A DNA stretch of 62,400 nt from a virus (lineage: Duplodnaviria; Caudoviricetes): the IMG/VR virus record IMGVR_UViG_3300049561_000021, positions 1 to 62,400 of that record. One strand, given 5' to 3'. Below the pieces are notes generated by a model. That model did no database searches and was not told the origin of the DNA. It saw only the letters and a program-made list of their open reading frames with translations. Positions 36,778-47,348 of the stretch are shown here, in pieces. Each line of letters starts with the position of its first letter. The first letter of the stretch is position 1. Both the position numbers and the translations under genes were made by a program.

Positions 36778-39561
36778 TTACAAGATATTAGTTTTTTTAT
36801 TTTGTTTATTTAAAATACCAACTAATTCATATCCATCTATTCTAAATATGACTTCGCCAGCCCAATCATTATTTTTATTAGATACATCTACATTAGCAGG
36901 GATAACTTTCTCGCCAGATGATAACATAGCAGGATAAGTGTCATTTGGATATCCTTGTGGGATCACTCCTCCTTTTGCAAATTTAGGGACTATTGATTCA
37001 AATAAAGCAATAGTTGCTGCACCTGCCGCTGCACCTAAAACAAGACCTAACCAAGGATTTTTTGAAGATTTCATAGCACTTGTTACTTGTACTGCAACAG
37101 CTTCCGCGATATACATTGCAATCATTTTAATAACTGCACTTCTTAATGCATTTGCAAAATCATTAACAGAAGTAATATTTCCACTAAGAGAATCATTATA
37201 TAAATCAGAAGCAAGTTTTCCCATATTTATTGCCAATGTTGTTCTTCTCTGGGCTATTTCTAATTCTCTTAGCTTTTTAGTATATTGATCTATAGTTAAT
37301 CCCATGTATTCCATTGCCGTATTTCCTGGACGTATCCCCTGATCTAACATCACTTGCAAACGTTGTTTGACAAGATTAATTTGATCACCTACTGTCTGCA
37401 CTTTTACCCCAAGAGGATCAAAAGAATCACCTAATATTGCATTCTGTAAAGCAATATCTGCTAATTTCTTTTGCAAAGTACCCATCGGAGTAGCTAAATC
37501 CGTTTCCATAAACATAAAATGTTTTCTATAATTATCTATAGGTGTAGTATCAAGTTCTAATTTAGGTATTTTAATTGTTAATGCCGTTTGTGTCTTTCCT
37601 CCTTTAGAAATTTTTGAAATAAACAAATCATAATCTTGTCCTACATGCTTAATAACATCATCTTGTATTTTTAATTGTGCAAGAACAAATTTACTAACTC
37701 TTGTCATTTCTTCTGGGTCAATTACATTTGTTCTTACTTTTTTGGTAGACTTTAATTTTGAATCTACAGTTGTTAAAAATCCATTTAGCAATTGAATACT
37801 TTGTTGATTTCCATTATATTGTGCTTCTAAATCTTTTGCAATTGCTTCTTTTTTACGTTGAATTTGATTGACAATAAATGCTTTTACCCCATTATTTGTT
37901 GATTCTTGATATTGCTTTTGTAGATCAAGTAAGTCTTTATCATGTTTCAATCTATCTCGTAATTCAGCCTCTAAAGTAATAGAGAAATCTTCTTGCGCTT
38001 TTCGTTGTGCTAAAATATCTTCTTTTAATGTCTGCTTTTGTAAATCACTCATACTATTTAAAGCAGCCATACGCTTTTCAATTGATTGAGTTTCTCCTTG
38101 CAATTCTTTACTACGTTCAAGTTCTTTATTAAATTCTTGTTGTTTCTCTGCCGCTGTTCCTGTTAATGAGTTAAATATAAGTAAAGATGCAATATATGAT
38201 CCTAAAACAGTAAGAATAGCTCCAATTGGGTTACGAAGTATTGCCATATTAAATGCTTGTACCATTGGAATAATTGCTTTAATAACAACTGTTAATCCTG
38301 CAAAGAGACGAAATAGTAAACCAATACCAATTGCTAAAGGCCCTATTGCTGCTATAGTAACCCCTATTCGTAATACCCATTGTTGCTGTGCTGTACTTAA
38401 ACTTAAAAACCAATTTGTAACCTTTTTTAAAGTATTTGCAAATCCTTCTAAGAAATTAATAAGAGGTCCCTTTAAAGCTAATCCAAACTGAATTGCTGAA
38501 CTTTGTACTTGAGCTAAAGCTTGTCCAAATTTAACTTTAATTGTATCTGCTGCTGTTAAGTACGCTTTATTCATATCACCTGTTGAATCTGCTACTTTTT
38601 GAAATAGCACTTTATTTGCAGTTAAGCGATCTCCCATTAACGAAAGTACTCCCATAAACCCGCGAATATTTGGAAATACTTTCGTCATCATATCCTCACC
38701 ATACTTATTTGTCAATGTGCGCAAATTTTCTAGTGTAGGAAGCAATCCTCTACTTGTAATTGAATTACGAAGTTCTTGGATTGATGTTCCCATATCTTTT
38801 AAAGCTTGTCTTGTTTGTGGAGTTCCTTTTTCAATTGCAAACAACATATTTTTTAAATACGTTGCAGATTCAGCAGTAGATATCCCTGTTAAAGTCATAG
38901 CTGCCATTCCTGCAGCAACTTGATCAAATGATACTCCCATCTGTGATGCAATTGGAATAACATCTCCAATTTGTCTTGCAAAGTCTGCACCTTCTGCTTT
39001 TCCTTCTCTTACAGCGGCTGTTAAAATATCTAATGTATGTCCAGACGTAAGATTTGATGTAGAATAAGCATTCATTGCAGATGTAACAGCATTTGCAACA
39101 TCTTTTGTTTCTCCAAGTCCAGCAATAGATGCTTTTGCAGAATTACGTAATACATCCATTGCTTCTGCACCTTTAATACCTGAAGAAGTTATATAATACA
39201 AAGCATCAGCTAACTCTTTCGGGGACTTTCCTAGTTCAGGTCCCATAGCGAGTAATGCTGTTTTCCAAGAATCAACTTGAGATTGTGCAATTCCTACAAG
39301 ACCTACAACTTTCTGCATTGAAGATTCAAAATCAGAAGCCATTTTAAATGAAGCAGCACCTGCAAGAGCTAATGGGAGTGTTAAAAATCGCATAGAAGCC
39401 GTTCCAAAATAGTACATATTTCTACCTACTTTGTCAAATGTTTGTGAAACGGTATTCATACTAGTTTCAGCTTTTTTCTGAAACTGCTGCATAGCGACTT
39501 GTGCTTGTGCTAATCCTGCTGTATCAACTCCTAATGTAGCTTCTAATGTGCCTATATTCAT
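36778..39561 (-). CDS. Tail tape measure protein (TP901 family)
   Basis: Ala/Gly-rich; FESSM..V, A.ALYYITSSG, central TM segments, FAKGG..PAMLSSGEKV. Confidence 0.93.
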   Translation of the reverse strand: MNIGTLEATLGVDTAGLAQAQVAMQQFQKKAETSMNTVSQTFDKVGRNMYYFGTASMRFLTLPLALAGAASFKMASDFESSMQKVVGLVGIAQSQVDSWKTALLAMGPELGKSPKELADALYYITSSGIKGAEAMDVLRNSAKASIAGLGETKDVANAVTSAMNAYSTSNLTSGHTLDILTAAVREGKAEGADFARQIGDVIPIASQMGVSFDQVAAGMAAMTLTGISTAESATYLKNMLFAIEKGTPQTRQALKDMGTSIQELRNSITSRGLLPTLENLRTLTNKYGEDMMTKVFPNIRGFMGVLSLMGDRLTANKVLFQKVADSTGDMNKAYLTAADTIKVKFGQALAQVQSSAIQFGLALKGPLINFLEGFANTLKKVTNWFLSLSTAQQQWVLRIGVTIAAIGPLAIGIGLLFRLFAGLTVVIKAIIPMVQAFNMAILRNPIGAILTVLGSYIASLLIFNSLTGTAAEKQQEFNKELERSKELQGETQSIEKRMAALNSMSDLQKQTLKEDILAQRKAQEDFSITLEAELRDRLKHDKDLLDLQKQYQESTNNGVKAFIVNQIQRKKEAIAKDLEAQYNGNQQSIQLLNGFLTTVDSKLKSTKKVRTNVIDPEEMTRVSKFVLAQLKIQDDVIKHVGQDYDLFISKISKGGKTQTALTIKIPKLELDTTPIDNYRKHFMFMETDLATPMGTLQKKLADIALQNAILGDSFDPLGVKVQTVGDQINLVKQRLQVMLDQGIRPGNTAMEYMGLTIDQYTKKLRELEIAQRRTTLAINMGKLASDLYNDSLSGNITSVNDFANALRSAVIKMIAMYIAEAVAVQVTSAMKSSKNPWLGLVLGAAAGAATIALFESIVPKFAKGGVIPQGYPNDTYPAMLSSGEKVIPANVDVSNKNNDWAGEVIFRIDGYELVGILNKQNKKTNIL

Positions 39562-39977
39562 TTGTCCTTCTTTTTAGGTGGAATCGTTCTTCGAATTTTA
39601 TCCTTTGCTAAATTTTTATTATGTGTACGAGCAATCTGCATTAAAGCTTGTTTCATTTGTTCAATCGTTTGCTTTGGATCTTCATTCTTCTTTTTTATAT
39701 CACCAGCCCAGTTTGGCATTTCATCTTCTGGTGTAATAAATTTTGCCTTTTCCCCTGGGGCACGAAAATGTATATTATATGCCAAATTTTCTATTAGTGC
39801 CGCTAATTTTGCCATTCTAAAATCATCCCTCCAAGTACCTATTGGATCAATTGCATCATATGCTTTCCATTCATTAAGCTGATCTAACGTAAGTTGATCC
39901 AACAGGTAATCTGGATGAATAATTCCTATTTCACGACAGAGTCTAAATTGGAATTGCCGCCAGGGACGGCTTTTGAG
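39558..39977 (-). CDS. Tail assembly chaperone, frameshifted extension (gpT-like)
   Basis: -1 frame open from 39977: LKSRPWRQFQFRLCREIGIIHPDYLLDQLT..EWKAY..PIG.WRDD. Confidence 0.8.
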   Translation of the reverse strand, partial: LKSRPWRQFQFRLCREIGIIHPDYLLDQLTLDQLNEWKAYDAIDPIGTWRDDFRMAKLAALIENLAYNIHFRAPGEKAKFITPEDEMPNWAGDIKKKNEDPKQTIEQMKQALMQIARTHNKNLAKDKIRRTIPPKKKDK

Positions 39978-40348
39978 TTTTTTACTAAATCATTCTGGTC
40001 TTGCTCTGTTATTTTATTCAGTTTTAAAGACGCTGCAACAATTTTTTCTAATGTAACAATACTCATATTTCTACTTAGTTCTGTATAATCAGTTGGTTCA
40101 AAGATAAGTTTTCCACTTTCATCACAAGCCGTAATAACAACTAACTTAGCACGAAAGTCAGCATTATCTCTGTCATACCTTTCCAAATTACCTTTTTCAT
40201 CAACTTTCTCTTTTAAAAGAGATTGCTCAAACAAGTCACGTTCGTGTCCTGTCATTGCTTTTACGTAAATAAAATCCCCATTTCCAAGATCAACTTTTTC
40301 AATTGGAAGTGCTTCTTTTTGCAATAATTTTTTTCTATCTAAAATCAT
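39926..40348 (-). CDS. Tail assembly chaperone (gpG-like)
   Basis: YVKAMTGHERDLFE...CDESGKLIF; between tail tube and tape measure; start taken at ATG 40348. Confidence 0.85.
   Translation of the reverse strand: MILDRKKLLQKEALPIEKVDLGNGDFIYVKAMTGHERDLFEQSLLKEKVDEKGNLERYDRDNADFRAKLVVITACDESGKLIFEPTDYTELSRNMSIVTLEKIVAASLKLNKITEQDQNDLVKNSKAVPGGNSNLDSVVK
39977..39983 (-). other. -1 programmed ribosomal frameshift slippery site A AAA AAC
   Basis: GTA AAA AAC in frame near the chaperone 3' end; the -1 frame joins the 39558..39902 ORF. Confidence 0.8.
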
Positions 40349-40376
40349 GATTAGTTTTTTAAAATTTAAAAAAATA

Positions 40377-40393
40377 AATTCTTGATTAGAATT
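40377..40393 (-). promoter_or_regulatory. Stem-loop AATTCT-AATCA-AGAATT after the tail tube gene
   Basis: Same CTAATCAAG core as 51551-51567 with a different stem. Confidence 0.55.
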
Positions 40394-40402
40394 CAATTTA
40401 CA

Positions 40403-40834
40403 TTACGAACCAGAACCACTATCAAATACTACCGGTCCACTGATTTGAATAGTTACATCAACTGTAACTTTATCATCAGCCGGAATACTTAAAGGCAATT
40501 CCGTCACTAGTCCTTCAAACTCAAATGAAGTGACTTCAGTATCAGGCAAAATAATATTATAATTCTGAAGAATATTGCTTTCAAAATCAGCAATCATAAC
40601 ATTATAGGTTACTCGTGTAAAATTCATTTTAAGTGTGACTGTTCCAGCGTCACGAAATCCTGCAATAAACTCACGATAACCTCCTGCCGAATCTAATGAA
40701 GTTACATCAATTGTTGTTCTTTTCATCCCTGGTCCGGTTATTGAATTAACCTCAGCAATATGTTCCCACTTTGTCGTGGTTTTATTCCATCGGTTAAATT
40801 CGGTACCTACACCAGCAAACGCATTTGATGCCAT
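40403..40834 (-). CDS. Major tail tube protein
   Basis: IAEVNSITGPG..R.TIDVTSLDS.GGYREFIAG.RDAG; AGGAGG RBS. Confidence 0.9.
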   Translation of the reverse strand: MASNAFAGVGTEFNRWNKTTTKWEHIAEVNSITGPGMKRTTIDVTSLDSAGGYREFIAGFRDAGTVTLKMNFTRVTYNVMIADFESNILQNYNIILPDTEVTSFEFEGLVTELPLSIPADDKVTVDVTIQISGPVVFDSGSGS

Positions 40835-40839
40835 TGTTT

Positions 40840-41232
40840 TTACCTCCTTTGTACATTAAAGTTTATAATCAATCTTACATTTCCATTATCATCCCAATCT
40901 AGCAACGCAGGGCCACTAGCACAGTAGATAACAGAATATAAAGTCCCGTTCCATGTCTCTTGCGCCCGGCCATGTAATAGGTTCTTTATGCTTTCAATAA
41001 TATCCCATCCAACTAAATAATGATCATTTCTAACTCGTATTTGGACAGAAGGATATTCATATCCTTGATCAGTTAAATTAAGTTGCGGAGGAAACCCAGA
41101 AGTGTCAAATATAGTTACACTATTATTTGGCTTTGCAGGTTCTTTCCCTATAAATAAATTAGTAGCATATATTAGTCCTAATGAACTATCCGCTTCTATC
41201 ATACTAACAATATCCACACTTGTTGCATTCAT
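40840..41232 (-). CDS. Tail terminator / tail completion protein
   Basis: TIFDTSG, YPSVQIRVR, D..G...INF. Confidence 0.75.
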   Translation of the reverse strand: MNATSVDIVSMIEADSSLGLIYATNLFIGKEPAKPNNSVTIFDTSGFPPQLNLTDQGYEYPSVQIRVRNDHYLVGWDIIESIKNLLHGRAQETWNGTLYSVIYCASGPALLDWDDNGNVRLIINFNVQRR

Positions 41233-41234
41233 TG

Positions 41235-41642
41235 CTATTTTATTTTTACATTATCTCGTATTATCTTCAAAATGACATCTCGATTTCTCTTTACTGCATA
41301 TTCAAAGAATTTAGGCCCAGAATTATTTCGTGTCCAATTTATATCTGGGTTGAGCATCTCATGTACATATAAAGAATAATTTGCAGTAAATCCACATCTA
41401 ACTAAAGGTCCTCCTCCTATTACACCAGTACTAACAATAGGATAAGCAAACCATGATGATCTCATCGCACCTGTTTTTACGGGAATTAAAGGTGGGGTAT
41501 GATCCATATCATATCGTATCTTTGCTGCTGCTTTTAAAAGTCCTTGTACAGATCTACCTTTAATTGCACGAATTTCTTTATTTAAATTTGAAAGAACAAT
41601 ATCAAATCCTTTTATTCCTGTATTTGGATTTACTGATCTCAT
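41235..41642 (-). CDS. Neck protein (HK97 gp10-like)
   Basis: IPVKTGAMRSS, ANYSLYVHE, KFFE. Confidence 0.75.
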   Translation of the reverse strand: MRSVNPNTGIKGFDIVLSNLNKEIRAIKGRSVQGLLKAAAKIRYDMDHTPPLIPVKTGAMRSSWFAYPIVSTGVIGGGPLVRCGFTANYSLYVHEMLNPDINWTRNNSGPKFFEYAVKRNRDVILKIIRDNVKIK

Positions 41643-41643
41643 T

Positions 41644-42042
41644 TTACCACATATTTTTACTTGTTAAAAATGACTTTCGCATAAATTCCGTAGTTGATCC
41701 TAAAACTGGAGTTTTATCAAATCTTAATATAGCAAAAGCACTTTCAATCATTTTTGGATCATCAATCGCTCCAAGACTATCTCCATACAAATCATATAAA
41801 TCATCTATAGTTCCTAAATATACAAAACCATTTTCATCTAAATCTTGTATAGAATATATTACAGCCTTTGAATTTAACTCTTTTCCTGTAGGTGATAGGA
41901 ATATATCATTTCGATCTTCCCATCTACATATAATTTCAATAGGATCATCAAAAGTAAATCCTCCAGACCCATCATTTGTAGGATTACCCCAATAGACAGC
42001 TGTTTGCTTACATGTTCGTTTAATAAAATTTTCAATTCCCAT
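41644..42042 (-). CDS. Head closure / head-tail adaptor
   Basis: QTAVYW...DGSGG..F..P.EI.CRWE. Confidence 0.7.
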   Translation of the reverse strand: MGIENFIKRTCKQTAVYWGNPTNDGSGGFTFDDPIEIICRWEDRNDIFLSPTGKELNSKAVIYSIQDLDENGFVYLGTIDDLYDLYGDSLGAIDDPKMIESAFAILRFDKTPVLGSTTEFMRKSFLTSKNMW

Positions 42043-42053
42043 TTTACAATATT

Positions 42054-42434
42054 TTAATCAAAACTTTTTACTGCACGGAGAGTTGCACTTGATTTACTAT
42101 ATCTCTGCAATTTACCTGTAATATCAAGTTGAAGTGCTGTCTGTCCATATGGAGTTGAAAGTAAGTTCGTATCCCACTTTCCTGTATATGTAACTTCAGC
42201 ATCTCCTACTTTTTCTTTACTCGCAGTACGATAATTTGGAGTACAAGCTACAAAATGAGCAGATAACCAACGTTCAAGTTCCTTTAATAAAGCAGCACTT
42301 ATTTCTGTATCACTTGCAAATACAATATCTATTTGTGCTGCTGCTGCTGTGATACATGCATTAACAAGTGAATCAGGAATATCCACATTATCCATTATCT
42401 CTCGCACTTCATAAGCTGTTACTAATGCTGCCAT
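42054..42434 (-). CDS. Head-tail connector (DUF4054-like)
   Basis: ERWLSAHF, EKVGDAEVTY, STPYGQ.A..LD.TG; AGGAGG before ATG 42434. Confidence 0.75.
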   Translation of the reverse strand: MAALVTAYEVREIMDNVDIPDSLVNACITAAAAQIDIVFASDTEISAALLKELERWLSAHFVACTPNYRTASKEKVGDAEVTYTGKWDTNLLSTPYGQTALQLDITGKLQRYSKSSATLRAVKSFD

Positions 42435-43131
42435 TTTTTTCCTCCTTTTCTTTTTGTTTACTATACCACAATAATGGATCAATCAAATTAATAACTTCTT
42501 TATTCCACTTCAAACCTAACCAATCAAGCATTTCATACATTTGCGTATAATCTCCATAAATCATACGCTCTGGCCAAACAATTTTGCAGTTTAATCCTGC
42601 TTCAATCATTTCTACAAAACGTTTCTCATACTCATGTTCCCACCAAAGCCAACCCTCTTTTTCATCACTTACTCCAACAGCTTTCTGATTCTCTTTACTT
42701 TCAAAAGCAAACATATATGCTGTCTTTAAACAAGATTGGATAATATCACCTGTTCTCCTTCGAACAATTATCCATTTTGCATTTGGAAAGGCATAATTCC
42801 ACACAGGCCAGATTAAACTTGATAATGGATCTTTATACATCCATTTGCCTTTTTGATAACCTTGCTTTAATAGAACTTTCTCAACTTTTTCTCCCCAATT
42901 CATTGGAAAAATTAGATCATTTGTAATAGGTAAAGGATATTGTCCAAAAGTATCATATTTTAAATCTCTAATATAAGATTTAACAATTTCCTCTCGAATA
43001 ACATCATTGCTCCACATTCCACGCTTTGATATTTCCCCACTAAATGCTCCACAAAGACTAATTGCAGAAGCAATAATACTTGCTCCACTTCGTGGACATC
43101 CCGTTATTAATATTGGGAATTCTTCAATCAT
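42409..43131 (-). CDS. Sulfotransferase-family protein
   Basis: ILITGCPRSGAS (5'-PSB-like loop), YKDP, FPNAKWIIVRR...S. Confidence 0.75.
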   Translation of the reverse strand: MIEEFPILITGCPRSGASIIASAISLCGAFSGEISKRGMWSNDVIREEIVKSYIRDLKYDTFGQYPLPITNDLIFPMNWGEKVEKVLLKQGYQKGKWMYKDPLSSLIWPVWNYAFPNAKWIIVRRRTGDIIQSCLKTAYMFAFESKENQKAVGVSDEKEGWLWWEHEYEKRFVEMIEAGLNCKIVWPERMIYGDYTQMYEMLDWLGLKWNKEVINLIDPLLWYSKQKEKEEKNGSISNSL

Positions 43132-43741
43132 TGTATGTATTTATTAATTCCTGTCTATATTGTTTTCTTTCTTGAATATTACACGTTCTTATAATTTGCT
43201 TTGGATGTCTACGATAAAAAGCTAATTCAGAATTACAATAGCCTATTTTAAATCCTGCTTTCAAAACACGTAAATTAAACTCATATTCTTCAAAAGAATA
43301 ACATTTATTATCTTCATTAAACCCACCTATTTTTTCAAAAACTTCTCTACGATACATTGTAGTTGCACTATGAATTGAATTATATTTTAAAAGCATTTCT
43401 AATGTAGGTAATTTAATTGTAGGTCTGTAAATCCTTTGCTTAATTCCTTTTTCAAAAGTATCATTAGATGTTTGAAATAATTCAATAGCATTACCGTGAA
43501 TAAAATCAAATCCTTCCAAACTCCTGATAGAATCCTCAATACAATTAGGTGTTAACATATCATCCTCATGAAGGTATTTAATATAATCTCCTGTAACTTC
43601 TTTTAATACTTTATTGAAATTCTGAGGCCAATTTCCGTCTCCTTTGGAAAGTATTAATTGAACGCCTTTAGGAACACTATCAATAGCATCTTTAAGCCAT
43701 CCACGGTCTTCTTTGTACGGAATGATAATTGTTACTTTCAT
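43124..43741 (-). CDS. Glycosyltransferase, GT2 family
   Basis: IIIPY, GDYIKYLHEDD, IGGFNE, EYEFNLR, YRRH. Confidence 0.85.
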   Translation of the reverse strand: MKVTIIIPYKEDRGWLKDAIDSVPKGVQLILSKGDGNWPQNFNKVLKEVTGDYIKYLHEDDMLTPNCIEDSIRSLEGFDFIHGNAIELFQTSNDTFEKGIKQRIYRPTIKLPTLEMLLKYNSIHSATTMYRREVFEKIGGFNEDNKCYSFEEYEFNLRVLKAGFKIGYCNSELAFYRRHPKQIIRTCNIQERKQYRQELINTYND

Positions 43742-44403
43742 TTTACATATTTATTTACCCAGTTAATACGTTTAGCAGCATCAAAGATTCGAGGTGTACC
43801 ATGAAAACATACAAGAATGCATCCTTCAGGTAAATCTTTCAATAGAGATAATCTTCTTGGCTTAAAATCATGTATAGCATTTGTTATGTCTTGCCAAAAT
43901 AAATCTTGTACAATTACCTTTCGTAAAAAATAATCCATTCTTGAATTTGTTGGCATAGATTGTTGCCATGCTTCCCATATTTTACTTACCTTTTTAGATT
44001 TAGCAGGAATCCATGCAAGTCCTGTTGCTAATTGCCCAGGCTGTCCAAAATCTTCAAGTGTAATATATTTATCTTGATATTTCTCTACTAAATCAAATAT
44101 CTTTTCTAATGAACCTATGACTGCTGTATCTAAATCAATATAAAGAAATGGTCGATACTGTTCCATTTCGGGACTATATAATTGCATTCTTGCCCACCAT
44201 TTTGGCCAGTTATTAGTAAGTGGAAATAGCTCAACCCCTCCCAAATTGTATGACTGACTTGCCTTATCCCACAAACAAATAATTCGAGGTTTAACTGTTA
44301 ATTTCCATTGTCCATTAATATGCTTTACAATTAGCTCTACATCTCTAAATGTAAAATCACCTCCACTACGTAATACCAATAATATAGTCTTTTGTACAAT
44401 CAT
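43738..44403 (-). CDS. GT-A fold glycosyltransferase (GT8-like)
   Basis: VLRSGGDF, WWARMQLY, LYIDLDT, VCFHGTPR. Confidence 0.75.
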   Translation of the reverse strand: MIVQKTILLVLRSGGDFTFRDVELIVKHINGQWKLTVKPRIICLWDKASQSYNLGGVELFPLTNNWPKWWARMQLYSPEMEQYRPFLYIDLDTAVIGSLEKIFDLVEKYQDKYITLEDFGQPGQLATGLAWIPAKSKKVSKIWEAWQQSMPTNSRMDYFLRKVIVQDLFWQDITNAIHDFKPRRLSLLKDLPEGCILVCFHGTPRIFDAAKRINWVNKYVK

Positions 44404-45167
44404 ATAGATGTTACTTTTCTAAATTCAGTTTTATAATCATCTCTTAAAAACCATTTTGTTCTTGATTCACCTCCATAATTGCTAATCATTTGTTCTTTAA
44501 ACCTAATTCCAATTTGAGAATAAGACCAATCTTTCCATGATTGTTCAATATCCATTCTTTCTTTACCTAATTTCCCATCATACTTTGTATAATTAGGTTC
44601 AGGGACAACACGTCGAATCTCATCCTTAGAAATTTTCCATTTTGCTTTAAAAGCAGGTTCAGCTCGTCTAAGTTCATTTCCTCCTGAGGAACGGAGAGGA
44701 CTTTTCCAAGTTTTATCGTATGTTGATTCTTCAGATTCATAATATGCTAAATTTGCTAATCTTAACTTTAGTACAAAATCATCATCATCATACCCACCTC
44801 CGTAATACCGTTCATCCCACCACCCAATTTTTCTAATTAATTGTTTAGAATATCCAATGAATCCAACACTGTATTTAGTTGCAGCAGTAAATCCATTTTC
44901 TAATAATTGAAGAATATGTTTTGCTTCATTAAAAGTAGGATGCACTCTATCATTAAGCATTAACATATATTCTGTTGGAGAGGTAATAATTGAATCATTC
45001 ACTAACTCAGAATAAGAATCATACGAAGTAGGATGTCTATCGATTCGCAAATTCCAATATACTTTATAACAATCCACTAAACCTTCTAATGCATAAATTT
45101 GCTCATTTATTACAGATTGATTACATCCACAATGTAAACAAATTGTTATTTCTTTAATCCCAGTCAT
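44400..45167 (-). CDS. Glycosyltransferase (GT2/GT7-like)
   Basis: MLND, IGWWDERYYGGGYDDDDF..LR. Confidence 0.7.
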   Translation of the reverse strand: MTGIKEITICLHCGCNQSVINEQIYALEGLVDCYKVYWNLRIDRHPTSYDSYSELVNDSIITSPTEYMLMLNDRVHPTFNEAKHILQLLENGFTAATKYSVGFIGYSKQLIRKIGWWDERYYGGGYDDDDFVLKLRLANLAYYESEESTYDKTWKSPLRSSGGNELRRAEPAFKAKWKISKDEIRRVVPEPNYTKYDGKLGKERMDIEQSWKDWSYSQIGIRFKEQMISNYGGESRTKWFLRDDYKTEFRKVTSI

Positions 45168-45717
45168 GATATGCAATATTATATTCTTTAAAAAAATCAA
45201 TATATTTTTTCCTACTTACATTCTGTTTTAAAAGTCGTTCATGCCATTCTATATAAATAGAGTCAATTAAAAATATTGTTAAATCTTGCATCATTTTATC
45301 TAAAACACAAAACTCTGCACCTTCAATATCCATTTTTAAAATAATCTGATGCCAATGTGGAAAATTTAACAAGAATTCACTAAAATCAATACATTCTACA
45401 CTTTCACTTACAATCAAATGCTCATCATGTATATAGTGTGGTTTCACATATTCGCCAGAATCAATAATATTACTTGATCCACCAACCCAATCTTCTGCAA
45501 CTTGACAATATTCTAAATTTAATTTTCTAGTTTTATTATCAATCCAAACCGCTTTATTTAAAATATGTGCATTTTGGTATTTATCTTTTAAGATATCAAC
45601 ACATTTTTTATTTGGTTCAAACATATATACTTCCCAAGTTGAGTCAATACTCAATTCTTTAGACAATTTGTCATACCCTTGCCCTATATTACTACCACAA
45701 TCAATAAATATATTCAT
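45154..45717 (-). CDS. FkbM-family methyltransferase
   Basis: FIDCGSNIG, FEPN, LKMDIEGAE, IEWH. Confidence 0.88.
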   Translation of the reverse strand: MNIFIDCGSNIGQGYDKLSKELSIDSTWEVYMFEPNKKCVDILKDKYQNAHILNKAVWIDNKTRKLNLEYCQVAEDWVGGSSNIIDSGEYVKPHYIHDEHLIVSESVECIDFSEFLLNFPHWHQIILKMDIEGAEFCVLDKMMQDLTIFLIDSIYIEWHERLLKQNVSRKKYIDFFKEYNIAYHDWD

Positions 45718-45720
45718 CGT

Positions 45721-46488
45721 TTACTTTTTAAACATTGGAATTCTTGACCATGTACTATTCCATTTTGTCCCACCTGCAAAATGTCTAAAGATTACATCTT
45801 GTCTATTTAATGTTTTAGTTGGAAATCTAAAATATGGACTTTCCCTTGCCCAATCTGTAACATCCCATTCTACAGGTAATATTTGAACATTCTCTTTTAA
45901 TTCCTCTAATGAGTAAATAGGTTCACACTCTTTTGTAGAATTCCAACCTAGATTTTTTACAGTATTCCATCCAGGTTGTAAAGGATCAGCAAATGTTCCT
46001 TTGATTCCTGCCAACGAATACCAACATGCTTGCTCTTGGAACATTTTCCAAAATGAAAGTTCTTTATATTTACTCCACCTAGTTTCATCAAGTAAATTTC
46101 TAAGCATTTGTTTAGTCCAGTCAGTAATTCTAAATGTAAAAGCCCCCATACAATGCGTATTGCACGAATCAATTGCATAAGCAAAGCTTTTTCCTTTAAC
46201 TGGTTCGAAAGATTTCATTCCATTTACAATGCATATATCTGCATCAATTTGTGAAATAATATCACCATCTTTTAAAAATCCAACATCTATCCAATGCTTT
46301 ATTAAGAAAAATCTCCACCAAACAATAGAACGCTGTTTACAATTTTCAGGAATTAACTTTAAATCTTTTATTTCAATATATTCAAATCCATGATAGTCAC
46401 AATACATTCTATTACGTGGAGAATGATGCATTTCAAAATGCTGTTGCCTATCATCATTGTATGCTGCTATGACTAATAGATACTTCAT
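45721..46488 (-). CDS. Glycosyltransferase, GT34 (GMA12/MNN10)-like
   Basis: YCDYHGFEY, IDADI, EQA, HFAG. Confidence 0.7.
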   Translation of the reverse strand: MKYLLVIAAYNDDRQQHFEMHHSPRNRMYCDYHGFEYIEIKDLKLIPENCKQRSIVWWRFFLIKHWIDVGFLKDGDIISQIDADICIVNGMKSFEPVKGKSFAYAIDSCNTHCMGAFTFRITDWTKQMLRNLLDETRWSKYKELSFWKMFQEQACWYSLAGIKGTFADPLQPGWNTVKNLGWNSTKECEPIYSLEELKENVQILPVEWDVTDWARESPYFRFPTKTLNRQDVIFRHFAGGTKWNSTWSRIPMFKK

Positions 46489-47348
46489 ACAGTAGTCAAT
46501 ATTTTATTTTTCCAATATTCAAATGTCAACTTTTGCATATTCCACTTAGTATTTTTAATTCGAATTAATTCCTTTTGAAGAAATCCCTCAGTAACTTCCT
46601 CCCAATCGTCAACAAAACAAATAGGTAAATCTGTATAAAATTGATTATTTATATTTCTTTTTTCAATTGGAATCGTTCTCGTGTATAAACATTCCCAAGT
46701 ACGATGAGTATCTATCCCATTTCCTTGAGGGCAGATTACAAATTGATGATGATATATATTATCTAAATACTCATCAAATTTACTCCCGTTAGAACCTTGC
46801 TCTATCGTTATCCAAAATTTACCTTTAAACAACCCATAAAGTTCTTTTCGCTCTGGATGTGTATTTTGATTATGGCACATATACGCAAGATTTTTAACCA
46901 TAGGAGGTTCGTCTAATTTCTCAATCATTTTTTCTTTTTTATGCAATTGAGGAAACCACCTATCATTTTCAAGTCCTATTGGAATTGATTTGATTCGTGA
47001 ATTAATAGTATTTACATTTTTAGAATACCATGCTATTATATTATTTGGCAATTTGTACAAATCAGAATATTGATCAATCCCACATCCATTAGGTCGAATA
47101 ATTTTATCATTTTCAATTCTACAGTCACAACTATGTGTAATAAGTATAAATTTTTTACCTAAATGTTGTATAATACTTATTAGATAAGCAGCATACATCA
47201 TATGAGTATATACAATATTTACTTCCTTTAATTTTGAAGGGTCAAATGTATTAGAAAGATTATCATAGTCATCTGATAATTTCTTTTTTGGTGAATACGT
47301 AAAATCTGCTATTCCTTTAAATTTATCTCCTTGTATCCAGTCAATCAT
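46485..47348 (-). CDS. Exostosin/GT47-like glycosyltransferase
   Basis: IPIGLEN, FVICPQGNGIDTHRTWECLY..IPI, LPI..VDDW. Confidence 0.75.
   Translation of the reverse strand: MIDWIQGDKFKGIADFTYSPKKKLSDDYDNLSNTFDPSKLKEVNIVYTHMMYAAYLISIIQHLGKKFILITHSCDCRIENDKIIRPNGCGIDQYSDLYKLPNNIIAWYSKNVNTINSRIKSIPIGLENDRWFPQLHKKEKMIEKLDEPPMVKNLAYMCHNQNTHPERKELYGLFKGKFWITIEQGSNGSKFDEYLDNIYHHQFVICPQGNGIDTHRTWECLYTRTIPIEKRNINNQFYTDLPICFVDDWEEVTEGFLQKELIRIKNTKWNMQKLTFEYWKNKILTTV

Noticed and set aside
36938-40088. Plus-strand ORFs opposite the tape measure and chaperone genes (and similar antisense ORFs elsewhere)
   Set aside because: Shadow ORFs of well-supported genes, with no motifs or start signals.
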